Assembly: GCA_032249235.1 (NCBI GenBank) | Contig: JAVVGF010000001.1 | Location: 64,001-128,000 of the forward strand | Source: Thermoproteota archaeon | Lineage (GTDB): Archaea; Thermoproteota; Thermoprotei; Gearchaeales; Gearchaeaceae | DNA: 64,000 bases | Direction: 5' to 3' | Part shown: piece after piece, positions 19,717 through 28,874 of the stretch | How the letters are laid out: each line of letters opens with the position of its first letter | How positions within the stretch are numbered: position 1 is the first letter of the stretch | The notes under the pieces: generated by a model | What the model was told of the DNA's origin: nothing | Database searches by the model: none | Seen by the model: the letters and a program-made list of their open reading frames with translations, nothing else | Program-made: the position numbers and the translations under genes

Positions 19717-20702
19717 TGAATATTTTGGGCATAGAGAGCACTGCGCATACAATTGGTGCTTCAGTAGTCAATGAAGAAGGAATAATATCCAATGTAAATT
19801 CTGTTTACATCCCTCCTAAAGGAAAAGGAATACATCCTAGAGAAGCTGCTATACATCATAGCGAAGAAGGTCCAAGAGTAATAAAGGAAGCTTTAGAAAA
19901 AGCAGGCCTGAAGATAAATGATATCGATGCGATAGCGATTAGCTTAGGTCCAGGTTTAGGCCCTTGCTTAAGAACAGGAGCAACTTTAGCTCGTTTTTTA
20001 TCTCTGAAATTTAATAAAGATCTAGTACCGGTAAATCATGCAATTGCCCATATAGAAATAGCTAGATATTTATGCAAAAAAGAAGATCCTTTAGTTGTTT
20101 ATATTGCAGGCGGAAATACAATAATTTCTACATTTGTAGAAGGAAGATATAGAATATTCGGAGAGACTCAAGATATTGCACTAGGTAATGCTATTGATTA
20201 TTTCGGAAGGATTATAGGTGTAGAATATCCAGAGCTAATAAATGTTGAAAAGCTAGCTATGAAAGGAGAGAAAATTCTTGAGCTTCCATTACCTGTTAAA
20301 GGGCAAGATGTATCATATTCTGGCTTGTTGACTGCTGCTTTGAAATTGATAAAAGAAGGATACAAAATTGAAGATGTTTGTTTAAGCTTTATTGAACATG
20401 CTTATGCTGCACTTTGTGAATCTGTTGAAAGAGCACTAGCATATACTGGCAAGAAATCTATTGTTTTAACAGGAGGAACGGCAAGATCCTTGATATTGAA
20501 AGAAAAATTAAAACTTGTAGCGAGTGAACATAATGCAGATTTTTCAGTCGTTCCTTCAGAATATGCAGGAGATAATGGTGCAATGATTGCTTATACTGGT
20601 TATTTAGCATATAAATCAGGTGTTAAAATTAAAGTTGAAGAAAGTTTTGTGAAACCATTTTGGAGGATAGATGAAGTCGATATACCTTGGCGTTCAAGCT
20701 AG
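19716..20702 (+). CDS. kae1: KEOPS t6A synthase Kae1
   Basis: LGIESTAHT, GIHPREAA.HH, GPGLGPCLR, VNHAIAH, GDNGAMIA. Confidence 0.96.
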   Translation: MNILGIESTAHTIGASVVNEEGIISNVNSVYIPPKGKGIHPREAAIHHSEEGPRVIKEALEKAGLKINDIDAIAISLGPGLGPCLRTGATLARFLSLKFNKDLVPVNHAIAHIEIARYLCKKEDPLVVYIAGGNTIISTFVEGRYRIFGETQDIALGNAIDYFGRIIGVEYPELINVEKLAMKGEKILELPLPVKGQDVSYSGLLTAALKLIKEGYKIEDVCLSFIEHAYAALCESVERALAYTGKKSIVLTGGTARSLILKEKLKLVASEHNADFSVVPSEYAGDNGAMIAYTGYLAYKSGVKIKVEESFVKPFWRIDEVDIPWRSS

Positions 20703-21343
20703 ATTATTTAATAAAGAAAGGAGCTGAAGCTGAAATTTGGAAAGGTAAATGGTTTAGTATCAATTCTGTTTATAAGATTAGAAAAAGCAAGCCTTGGAGG
20801 CATCCTTTACTTGATAAATTAATTCTAGAGAAAAGAACGATTAAAGAAGCGAGGATAATGTATCATGCTTTTGAAAATAATATAGATGTTCCCTTCATCT
20901 ATGACGTAAACATATCGAAGAATACAATAGTTATGGAATTTGTCGAGGGAATAACTTTGAAAGAACTGATGGAAGCGAAGGATTCAAGAATCTTTATTTT
21001 ATGTGAAAAGTTAGGAAAGCTTGTTGCAAATCTTCATGAGGCATCGATAGTTCATGGTGATTTAACACCTTCGAATGTCATATTAAGGAATGAAGGTGGT
21101 CTTTGCATACTAGATTTTGGCCTTGCAAATTTCAGCAATAGGATAGAAGATATGGGAGTAGATTTGCATTTATTTCTTCGGTCTTTAGAAAGTAGCTTCA
21201 GTTCTTTAACTCATGAATGTTTTCAAAGTTTCATAAAAGGATATAGTCATTTTAAGCATTATAATGAAGTTTTAGAAAAAGTCAAAGAAATTAGAAGAAG
21301 AGGTAGGTATGTTTTGGAAAGGAGAATTTCAAGAAAGATTTGA
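20687..21343 (+). CDS. bud32: KEOPS kinase Bud32
   Basis: KGAEA, HGDLTPSN, DFGLA, C-terminal RRRGRY. Confidence 0.95.
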   Translation: MAFKLDYLIKKGAEAEIWKGKWFSINSVYKIRKSKPWRHPLLDKLILEKRTIKEARIMYHAFENNIDVPFIYDVNISKNTIVMEFVEGITLKELMEAKDSRIFILCEKLGKLVANLHEASIVHGDLTPSNVILRNEGGLCILDFGLANFSNRIEDMGVDLHLFLRSLESSFSSLTHECFQSFIKGYSHFKHYNEVLEKVKEIRRRGRYVLERRISRKI

Positions 21344-21883
21344 ATACCATTCTGCAAACTTACTCACCGCTTTGCTTCTATGTGAAATTTCATTCTTTTC
21401 TTCAACACTCATTTCACCGTATGTTTTGAAATGATTTTGTGGTATGAATATTGGATCGAAACCCCATCCTAAGCCTTTAATGTTTTCAGAAATTTTTCCT
21501 TCTACTTCACCTGTGAATATTTTTTCTATAATTTGATCTTTATAAGCGATTACTGTTTTAAATGTAGCCTTTCTATTCTTTTCATCTTTCATTAATTTAA
21601 TTATTCCTTCATTTCCTATCGTTTTATAAGCATATGAAGTATAAGGACCTGGAAATCCTTTTAAAGCTTCGATGAATAATCCTGAATCTTCGATTATAAG
21701 TGGTTTTTTTAAAATTTGAAAAGCTTGTCTTGCGCAATATAAAGCGATTTCTTCTAGATCATCTGCTTGAATTTCATAAATATCTAAATCAAATGCTTCT
21801 AGTTCAATATCATATTTTTTAAGAATTAAGCTGATTTCTCTTATCTTGTTTTCATTGCCTGAAATTAGCGTGATCCTTTTCAT
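21329..21883 (-). CDS. rdgB: XTP/dITP diphosphatase (Ham1/RdgB)
   Basis: SGNENK, EDSGL, GFPGPY, GFDPIF, SHR. Confidence 0.95.
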   Translation of the reverse strand: MKRITLISGNENKIREISLILKKYDIELEAFDLDIYEIQADDLEEIALYCARQAFQILKKPLIIEDSGLFIEALKGFPGPYTSYAYKTIGNEGIIKLMKDEKNRKATFKTVIAYKDQIIEKIFTGEVEGKISENIKGLGWGFDPIFIPQNHFKTYGEMSVEEKNEISHRSKAVSKFAEWYSNLS

Positions 21884-21916
21884 AAGTTTATTAATAAGAC
21901 CATATCTATTTCAACT

Positions 21917-22357
21917 ATGCGAAGAGGTAGGGAAAAAGGAAAATCTCATTCGACAAGGCCTTCATCTAGAGATGAAGCTTTAATCGCTGAATTAGATACT
22001 GAAAATATTAAAAATAGAATTATAGAGCTAGCAAAAAAAGGAATTCCTCCTTCAAAAATAGGAATTATCTTAAGAGATGAAGAAGGAGTTCCTTTAGTAA
22101 AGCATGTTTTCGGTAAAAAGTTGGTTCAACTCTTAAAAGAATGGGGTCTTGCACCACAAATACCTGAAGACTTGCAAAATTTGATCAATAGAGCTAATAA
22201 TGTAATTGAGCATTTAAAAGAACATCCTAAAGATTATAGAGCTAAAAGAGGTCTTGAAGAAATAATATCTAAGATCAATAGACTTGCTAAGTATTATAAA
22301 AGAGAAGGAATATTACCTCCAAATTGGGAACACGGTCTTAAAATTCCAAAAACATAA
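21917..22357 (+). CDS. rps15: 30S ribosomal protein S15 (uS15)
   Basis: GKSHSTRP, IGIILRD, IPEDL, SKINRLAKYYK. Confidence 0.96.
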   Translation: MRRGREKGKSHSTRPSSRDEALIAELDTENIKNRIIELAKKGIPPSKIGIILRDEEGVPLVKHVFGKKLVQLLKEWGLAPQIPEDLQNLINRANNVIEHLKEHPKDYRAKRGLEEIISKINRLAKYYKREGILPPNWEHGLKIPKT

Positions 22358-23694
22358 TGCTAAATGAGATAAATTCAAAATTTGAAAACATATCGAGTTT
22401 TTTCGAAGAAGATTTTCTTCCATTTTTAATAGTAGCGCATTATGATGCAGATGGCTTGATATCTTCTTCTATTTTAGCTAAATTATTATTCAACGAAAAA
22501 ATTCCCTTTGTTTTAAGGATATCTGAAAATCTAAAACCGAATGAATTGCTCGAATCTGCTTTTTCTAAAATAATAATTCTAGACTTTCAGTTAAAAGAAG
22601 ATTTAGCAAAGATAGGTGAGGAAAAAAGGATTTTAGTAATAGATCATCATCCAATTAAAGGAGATAAAGAAAAAGTGAACTTGATCCATCCTTCAATTTT
22701 TGGATATGAGAATGAATTCGATGCATGTAGCTCTACTCTTTCTTATTTATTAGCAAAGCATTTCGATGATTCATTCATTGATTTAGCTCCTTTTGTAATT
22801 TGTGGAATGCTTGAAGATAGACATGATAGAGAAGAGAAAAGAAGCTTTAGAGGTTTGAATAAAATAGTTTTAGATGAAGCTGAAGAGGCTGGATTGATAA
22901 ATAAAAAAGAAGGATTGATTAGTTATTGTGAATTCAATGAACCTTTATACAAAGTAGTTTCTTTAATGTTCGATCCATTTATGCCAAATATCTTTTCATC
23001 CAAAGAAAGGACAATAGATTTTCTTAAAGCTTGTGGAATTAGCGAATCTTTAATTAATAAGAATTTCGAAGAATTGAATGAAAAAGATCATGCAGAGATA
23101 TCTCAAAAAATCGCAATTAAGCTCTTAAATGAAGGATTTAAAGCTGCCAAAGTTGAGCGAATTTTTGGTATGAATTATGAATTGCTCGTATATAGCAAAT
23201 CGAAAAATTTACGATTAATAGGTAAATCAATAGATTATTTAGCGAGATCTTTGAATTATGAAGGTTTCATCGAAGCTCTATTTAATGATAAGCTATATAG
23301 ATTCAACTTCAACCAGTATTTTGATGAATGTGTTTCTTTTATTTCTAAGATATTTTTACCTTTATTTCAAGAAAAAAGAATTAAAGAATACAAAAAATTC
23401 GTTCTTCTCAAATTTGAAGGAAAAATCGATAGATTTGTTGGATTGTTCGCAAATTTGATATCTGCTTCAAATATAACAAAACGTGTAGTTGCTGTTTCTT
23501 CTGAATTCAGCAAAGATGAATATAAAATATCTTTCAGGGCTGAAGAAGGATCTAAATATGATTTGGGCTCGATTGTTTCGAACATTGCGAAAAATTATCA
23601 AGGATCTGGAGGTGGCCATAGTTCTGCGGCAGGCGCAATAATTCCTAAAGATTATCTTGAAGATTTTTTAGAAGAGTTCGATAATGCCTTATAA
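22357..23694 (+). CDS. DHH-family phosphoesterase (archaeal RecJ/Cdc45-like)
   Basis: HYDADG, IDHH, C-terminal DHHA1 GGGH..AAG; rps15-DHH-pcc1-rps3ae context. Confidence 0.85.
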   Translation: MLNEINSKFENISSFFEEDFLPFLIVAHYDADGLISSSILAKLLFNEKIPFVLRISENLKPNELLESAFSKIIILDFQLKEDLAKIGEEKRILVIDHHPIKGDKEKVNLIHPSIFGYENEFDACSSTLSYLLAKHFDDSFIDLAPFVICGMLEDRHDREEKRSFRGLNKIVLDEAEEAGLINKKEGLISYCEFNEPLYKVVSLMFDPFMPNIFSSKERTIDFLKACGISESLINKNFEELNEKDHAEISQKIAIKLLNEGFKAAKVERIFGMNYELLVYSKSKNLRLIGKSIDYLARSLNYEGFIEALFNDKLYRFNFNQYFDECVSFISKIFLPLFQEKRIKEYKKFVLLKFEGKIDRFVGLFANLISASNITKRVVAVSSEFSKDEYKISFRAEEGSKYDLGSIVSNIAKNYQGSGGGHSSAAGAIIPKDYLEDFLEEFDNAL

Positions 23695-23917
23695 GACAAG
23701 AATATTGCTAAAGATATCCTTCGACTCAATAAATACAGCAAGCAATGTATTATCTTCTTTAAGTCCAGATAATTTGAATATTCCTCAAGATCTTTACTTA
23801 AATTTCTTTCAGGAAGGAAACGAATTAATAATAGAAGCTAGAAGTGAAAACATAAAAAGATTGAGATCTACATTAGAAGAAATTTTAGTTTTGATTTCTT
23901 CTTTAGAAAAACTTTAA
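23684..23917 (+). CDS. pcc1: KEOPS subunit Pcc1-like protein
   Basis: SLSPDN, I.A....RLRST pattern, size and conserved position. Confidence 0.8.
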   Translation: MPYKTRILLKISFDSINTASNVLSSLSPDNLNIPQDLYLNFFQEGNELIIEARSENIKRLRSTLEEILVLISSLEKL

Positions 23918-23943
23918 ATTGAATTCAATAATTAAGAAAGATT

Positions 23944-24528
23944 ATGAGTACTAAAGCTGTCAAGAAGGCACCGCCAAAAATCTTCAATGTCCATGTAGAT
24001 GGTGTTTTCAAAGATAAAATCGCAGGTCAAATTTTGGGAAGAGAGCCAAGCCATATTTTGAAAAGAACTGTAGAAACCACTCTTGCTGAACTTTTCGAAG
24101 ATTACACGAATTTATATTACCAATATGTTAAGTTAAAATTCCAGATCATCAAAGTAGATGGTACAGAAGCTTATGCAAAGTTCAAAGGTTATGAGCTTAC
24201 TAGAGACTATGTGAGGAGTTTAATAAGAGTAGGTACTTCAGCAGTATATGCTATTTATGATGTTGATACAACAGATAACATAAAATGCAGAATACAAACC
24301 CTTGCAATTACTGCTAAACGTGTTTCTCATTCAAAAGAAAGTTTGATAAGAAAATGCATTTGGAAAGTTTGTGAAGAAAAGCTATCTAATTTAAGCTTAG
24401 ATGATCTAGTTCAATATGTTTGCTTAGGTAAGCTTTCTGCAGATATTTTGATAGAAGCAAAGAAAATTTATCCACTTAAAAAAGTTGAAGTTATTAAAAT
24501 TAAAGTATTAACGCCCTATCTTATTTAG
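23944..24528 (+). CDS. rps3ae: 30S ribosomal protein S3Ae (eS1)
   Basis: RTVETTL, KLKFQI, ELTRDYVRSLIR, KKIYPLKKVEV.KIK. Confidence 0.95.
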   Translation: MSTKAVKKAPPKIFNVHVDGVFKDKIAGQILGREPSHILKRTVETTLAELFEDYTNLYYQYVKLKFQIIKVDGTEAYAKFKGYELTRDYVRSLIRVGTSAVYAIYDVDTTDNIKCRIQTLAITAKRVSHSKESLIRKCIWKVCEEKLSNLSLDDLVQYVCLGKLSADILIEAKKIYPLKKVEVIKIKVLTPYLI

Positions 24529-25723
24529 CAGCTACAATTTTTATTACATCTCTATGCTTCAATACATACTCTGCACCAATTCTTTGTTTGTTTTTAACAT
24601 CTATTGCATAGATGAAATTTTTACCCAAATCTGTATGAATCATATAAGCTAGTTCTCTTGCAGTGGTATCGCTAGGAACTAAGAAAACGTCAGGCAAAAC
24701 ATTTCCTTGATGATCAGTTAGTCTGTTTTGATCTTCGACAGGGAATACCGCAATGTAATTTAGGAGCTTGAAATAACATACTTCTAAAGCTTCCTGAACA
24801 CCTGTTGAACCAAATTTCTTCAATACGTTTTCTCTAATATAATTTAAAACTGCAAGCCTTTTTTCATCGATATTCTTAAGTATCTTAAAATCAGAATTTC
24901 CAGGCATATAATCGATAATTCCTAAATCGGCAGCTTTTCTTAAAGCTAATTCCGCTTCTGCAGATACTGGAATTACTATTCTATCTTTCATTTCATTCTT
25001 AATCCTTTCGTAATTTATCCAAGACGAAGGTAAATCAATTTTATTAGCCGCAATCAAAATAGGTTTAGCTTCTTTAATTAACAAGCTTACAAATAATTTC
25101 AAATCATCTTCTTTCCATTCTTTAGGATTTTTGTTCATTTTTTGAACTGTTCTCATAATGTGTTTCCTTTTAATTGAAAAGCCGCTTAGTTTTCTTTCTA
25201 AGAAATCAACAATCTTAGAAGATTCTTCATAGATAAGCTTCCTCATCTCTTTCTCAAAATCTTCCTTTAAATGCGAAAATACCCACATAGTTATCTCTTC
25301 CTCAATAAACTTGATATCTTCTAAAGGATCATGTGTTCCAGGCTTAACTATTCTTCCTTCAAAGTCAGTAGAACCAGATGTATCGACGACATGTATTAAT
25401 GCATCGCTCCTTCTTAATTCATCTAAAAATTTATTACCTAAACCTTTTCCTTTCCATGCTTCAGGAACAAGACCTGCAACATCAATAATTTCTATGGGTA
25501 CGTATCTTGTACCATTAATACAAATTGAATTCCTTGGATTATCTTGAACTCCGAGTTCTTTGCAAACGCATTTGACTCGCACGTAACCTATTCCTTTGTT
25601 TGGTTCTATGGTTGTAAAAGGAAAAGGAGCAATTTTTACATTCAGTTTAGTAATAGCGCTAAAAAAAGTACTTTTACCTACGTTTGGTTTACCTATTATA
25701 CCGATTAATGGCATCCAATGCAA
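24521..25723 (-). CDS. ychF: YchF/OBG-family ATPase with TGS domain
   Basis: GKPNVGKSTFF, PFTTIEPN, DVAGLV, GLGNKFL, ANKID, IHTDL. Confidence 0.92.
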   Translation of the reverse strand: MHWMPLIGIIGKPNVGKSTFFSAITKLNVKIAPFPFTTIEPNKGIGYVRVKCVCKELGVQDNPRNSICINGTRYVPIEIIDVAGLVPEAWKGKGLGNKFLDELRRSDALIHVVDTSGSTDFEGRIVKPGTHDPLEDIKFIEEEITMWVFSHLKEDFEKEMRKLIYEESSKIVDFLERKLSGFSIKRKHIMRTVQKMNKNPKEWKEDDLKLFVSLLIKEAKPILIAANKIDLPSSWINYERIKNEMKDRIVIPVSAEAELALRKAADLGIIDYMPGNSDFKILKNIDEKRLAVLNYIRENVLKKFGSTGVQEALEVCYFKLLNYIAVFPVEDQNRLTDHQGNVLPDVFLVPSDTTARELAYMIHTDLGKNFIYAIDVKNKQRIGAEYVLKHRDVIKIVAAK

Positions 25724-25827
25724 TTATTTCAATTTTCACTTAAAATGATATTTGAGGATTATGCATGAATGAGAGCTACTTCAACCATCATAGTTTAAAT
25801 TTTTAAATGTTCTCTTCTTTTATCCTT

Positions 25828-26763
25828 ATGTTCAATGTACTAATCTGCGATCCTATTTCAATAAATTGTGTTGAAAAATTGAAAGAAGAAAAATTCAACG
25901 TCATCTTCAAGCCTAATATTACAAGGGAATTGTTAATTGAAGAAGTTAAAGATAAAGATGCCTTAGTTGTTAGAGGAAGAACAAAGGTTGATGCTACCAT
26001 CATGGATAATGCAACAAAATTGAAAGTTATAGTTAGAGCTGGTGTAGGTTTAGATAATATAGATCTTCAATATGCTCAAATGAAGGGCATTGAAGTTTTC
26101 AACACACCAGAGGCAGTCACTAACGCTGTTGCCGAATTAACAATTTGCTTTATTATATCATTATTACGAAATGTTCATAAAGGAAATTCTTCTCTTAAAA
26201 AAGGAGAATGGATTAAAAATCTTCTCATAGGCAGCGAGTTAAAGAGTAAAACTGTAGGGATTCTAGGTTTTGGTAGAATAGGTATGGAAGTAGCTAAGAA
26301 ATTAAAAGCTTTTGATTGTAGAATTTTATGTTACAGTAGGACAGATAAAAGTGAAATTGCAAAGAAGATAGGCGTCGATTTCACTAATGATTTAGACTAT
26401 TTATTAAGGGAGTCTGATATACTAACCGTTCACTTAACTCTTAATAATGAAACTTATAAGTTCTTGAATAGAGAGAGATTGGCCAAGATGAAAAAAGGAG
26501 CATACTTGATCAACACTTCAAGAGGCGCAATTATTGATGAAGAAGCCTTATTAGAAGTATTAGAGAATGGGCATTTAGCAGGCGCAGCCTTAGATGTATT
26601 CGAATATGAACCTCCTCAAACAGAAATTGAAAAAAGATTATTGAGATTAGAAAATGTTTTAGTTACCCCACATATAGGTGCTCAAACTAAAGAAGCGATG
26701 GAAAAAGAAGGTGAAGAGGTTGCTCGAATATTAATAGATTACTTTAAGAAGATTAAAATATGA
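25828..26763 (+). CDS. D-2-hydroxyacid dehydrogenase (D-3-phosphoglycerate dehydrogenase-like, no ACT domain)
   Basis: RAGVGLDNID, GFGRIG, INTSRG, ALDVFEYEP, TPHIGAQT; start placed at the second Met. Confidence 0.88.
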   Translation: MFNVLICDPISINCVEKLKEEKFNVIFKPNITRELLIEEVKDKDALVVRGRTKVDATIMDNATKLKVIVRAGVGLDNIDLQYAQMKGIEVFNTPEAVTNAVAELTICFIISLLRNVHKGNSSLKKGEWIKNLLIGSELKSKTVGILGFGRIGMEVAKKLKAFDCRILCYSRTDKSEIAKKIGVDFTNDLDYLLRESDILTVHLTLNNETYKFLNRERLAKMKKGAYLINTSRGAIIDEEALLEVLENGHLAGAALDVFEYEPPQTEIEKRLLRLENVLVTPHIGAQTKEAMEKEGEEVARILIDYFKKIKI

Positions 26764-26784
26764 GAAAATTGAGATGATTAGTTA

Positions 26785-27231
26785 ATGGGTCTAGCAAAAT
26801 ACAGCAAACTGATAAAGAAGGTCTATGAAAATGAATTTAAGTTGAGATTAGCTGAATGGAGGAAACAACCTACTGTAGTTAAACTCGAGCATCCTACTAT
26901 AATTTGGAAAGCAAGGATGTTGGGATATAAAGCAAAGCAAGGGATTATAGTAGTAAGGGTGCGTGTAAGGAAAGGAAAATTTTCAAGACAAAGACCTAAA
27001 ACTGGAAGGAGACCTAAAAGGATGGGGACGACGAGATTAACTATAAAGAAAAGTCTAAGATTGATTGCAGAAGAAAAAGCTCAAAGAAAGTTTCCTAATA
27101 TGGAAGTATTGAACTCTTATTATGTAGCTGAAGATGGAATGTATAAATGGTATGAAGTTATTTTAGTCGATCCATATAGCACGAGTATAAAAAAGGATAA
27201 GAGTTTGAATTGGATATATAGAGGAGAATAA
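26785..27231 (+). CDS. rpl15e: 50S ribosomal protein L15e, N-terminal core only (148 aa)
   Basis: LGYKAKQG, RVRVRKG, GRRPKRMG, PNMEVLNSYYVAEDGMYKWYEVILVDP; stops before the RGLTSAG arm. Confidence 0.93.
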   Translation: MGLAKYSKLIKKVYENEFKLRLAEWRKQPTVVKLEHPTIIWKARMLGYKAKQGIIVVRVRVRKGKFSRQRPKTGRRPKRMGTTRLTIKKSLRLIAEEKAQRKFPNMEVLNSYYVAEDGMYKWYEVILVDPYSTSIKKDKSLNWIYRGE

Positions 27232-27656
27232 TGGCGCAAGTACCTGAAATAGATGCAGAAAAGCTTGAGTTTGAGGAATTAAGGAAGAAGCTTGTAGCAT
27301 ATGTAAAAACTAAAGAAGGTAAGAAAAGGAAAGCTAGAGGTTTTAGCAGAGATGAATTAAAAGCTGTTAATCTAACTCCTAAGCAGGCATTGAAGCTTGG
27401 AATACCAGTAGATATAAGAAGAAAAACTTCTTATGAAGAAAACATTAGCATTTTGAAAAGCATTGATTTAAAAAGGCTTGAGCAGCTTGCTAAGAAATAT
27501 TTGAAGAAGAAAAAGAAGAAAGTAAAAGGTAAGCATAGAAAGAGAGTATTTAGAGGCTTGACTTCTGCTGGTAAGAAAATGCGAGGTCTTAGAAAAGATA
27601 AACTAATCAATACACACAAGTATAAGTGGAAGAAAAAGAGAAAATGGGAAAAGTAG
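27231..27656 (+). CDS. rpl13e: 50S ribosomal protein L13e fused to the C-terminal arm of L15e
   Basis: RGFSRDELKAVNLT...LGIPVDIRRKTSYEEN (eL13) followed by KHRKRVFRGLTSAGKKMRGLRK...KYKWKKK (eL15 tail). Confidence 0.88.
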   Translation: MAQVPEIDAEKLEFEELRKKLVAYVKTKEGKKRKARGFSRDELKAVNLTPKQALKLGIPVDIRRKTSYEENISILKSIDLKRLEQLAKKYLKKKKKKVKGKHRKRVFRGLTSAGKKMRGLRKDKLINTHKYKWKKKRKWEK

Positions 27657-27853
27657 CTAAGGGAATTAAATGTAGCGTTATAGGTTGTAATAAGGAAGCT
27701 GAGAAATCTCTTTCTTCACAAAGAGCTTCATTAGCTACTTCTTTGAAGTTTGCTTTGAATTCAAGGCAAGTATACTTATGTAAAGAGCATTATAAAATCT
27801 GGAAGAAAGAAACGAAAGAAATTAGGGAAATTGAAAGAGCTGGATGGGAATAG
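27644..27853 (+). CDS. Small basic zinc-finger protein of unknown function (C-x4-C...C-x2-H)
   Basis: MGKVAKGIKCSVIGCNKEAEKSLS...YLCKEHYKIWKK; overlaps both neighbours. Confidence 0.75.
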   Translation: MGKVAKGIKCSVIGCNKEAEKSLSSQRASLATSLKFALNSRQVYLCKEHYKIWKKETKEIREIERAGWE

Positions 27854-28874
27854 CTTAGAAGAACTTTGTATTGTTTTAATCGGAGACTATCCAAGCTTAG
27901 CTGAAAAGGAAGTACTTTATTCTTTAGATTCAGCTGGTTTTTATTATGAATATATTGAAACTAGAGGATTATTGCTCATTTTGAAAACATATGAATTCGT
28001 GGTACCTTATCTTGTTTGGAGATGTGCGAAAATAAGACATGTATCGAAATTAATATTTAAAGGAAAAATTGAAGAAATCAAAAATCTTGAAAAAATTAAT
28101 CTAAATATCAAAGGTAGCTTGGCAGTAAGGATACATTCTTACGATAGAGAATATAAGCAAATAGTGAGAGATTTGGAAAGAAAAATAGGTTCTTATTTCT
28201 ATTATAAAGGCTATAAAATAGATTTAACTAATCCTTCTAACTTAATCACTGGCTATATTAAGGATGGATTAATTTATTTAGGAATACATTTAGCAAGCAC
28301 TAATCGAAAGCTTTTATTTTCAAGAAGACCAAGCAAGAAGCCCGCCTTTCATCCTTCATCTATGATGCCTGAAAATGCTAGGTTAATGGTAAATTTAGCT
28401 AAAGCTCCTTTGAATGAATTATTTGTTGATCCTTTTTGTGGAGTAGGAGGCATCTTGATAGAAGCAGCTTTCATTTCTCAACATTGTATAGGAATAGATA
28501 TAGATAAGAAAATGTTAAAGGGTTGTAAGATTAACGTTAACTATTACGGATTGTATAATGTTGACTTAATTCAAGCTGATGCTCTTAAAATACCTTTAAG
28601 AAGAATTAATAGCATTGCATGTGATACACCATATGGAATTGCTTCTTCTTTGAAGAAGCGTGAACATGAAAAGCTTGTATATGATTTCTTAAGAAACTTG
28701 AAAGAATATGGTAAGTTAAGAATATGCATTGCAACAACTCTAGAAAATCTAGAACCTGAAGGATTTAAAATAATTTTGAAATATCCTCAAAAAGTTAGAG
28801 AATCATTAATAAGATGGCTTTACGTTTTAGAGCTATATGATAGAGATCGTTTTCTTGGGTACATCGGGGAGTAA
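27831..28874 (+). CDS. THUMP-domain tRNA G10 N2-methyltransferase (Trm11/TrmG10 family)
   Basis: FHPSSM.P..AR.MVNL, DPFCGVGGILIEA, DTPYG. Confidence 0.85.
   Translation: MKELDGNSLEELCIVLIGDYPSLAEKEVLYSLDSAGFYYEYIETRGLLLILKTYEFVVPYLVWRCAKIRHVSKLIFKGKIEEIKNLEKINLNIKGSLAVRIHSYDREYKQIVRDLERKIGSYFYYKGYKIDLTNPSNLITGYIKDGLIYLGIHLASTNRKLLFSRRPSKKPAFHPSSMMPENARLMVNLAKAPLNELFVDPFCGVGGILIEAAFISQHCIGIDIDKKMLKGCKINVNYYGLYNVDLIQADALKIPLRRINSIACDTPYGIASSLKKREHEKLVYDFLRNLKEYGKLRICIATTLENLEPEGFKIILKYPQKVRESLIRWLYVLELYDRDRFLGYIGE

Noticed and set aside
27229-27233. TAATG junction as a programmed frameshift fusing eL15 and eL13
   Set aside because: No slippery heptamer or downstream structure is evident, and the same TAATG coupling occurs at several ordinary junctions (13454, 13669, 19714, 22355).
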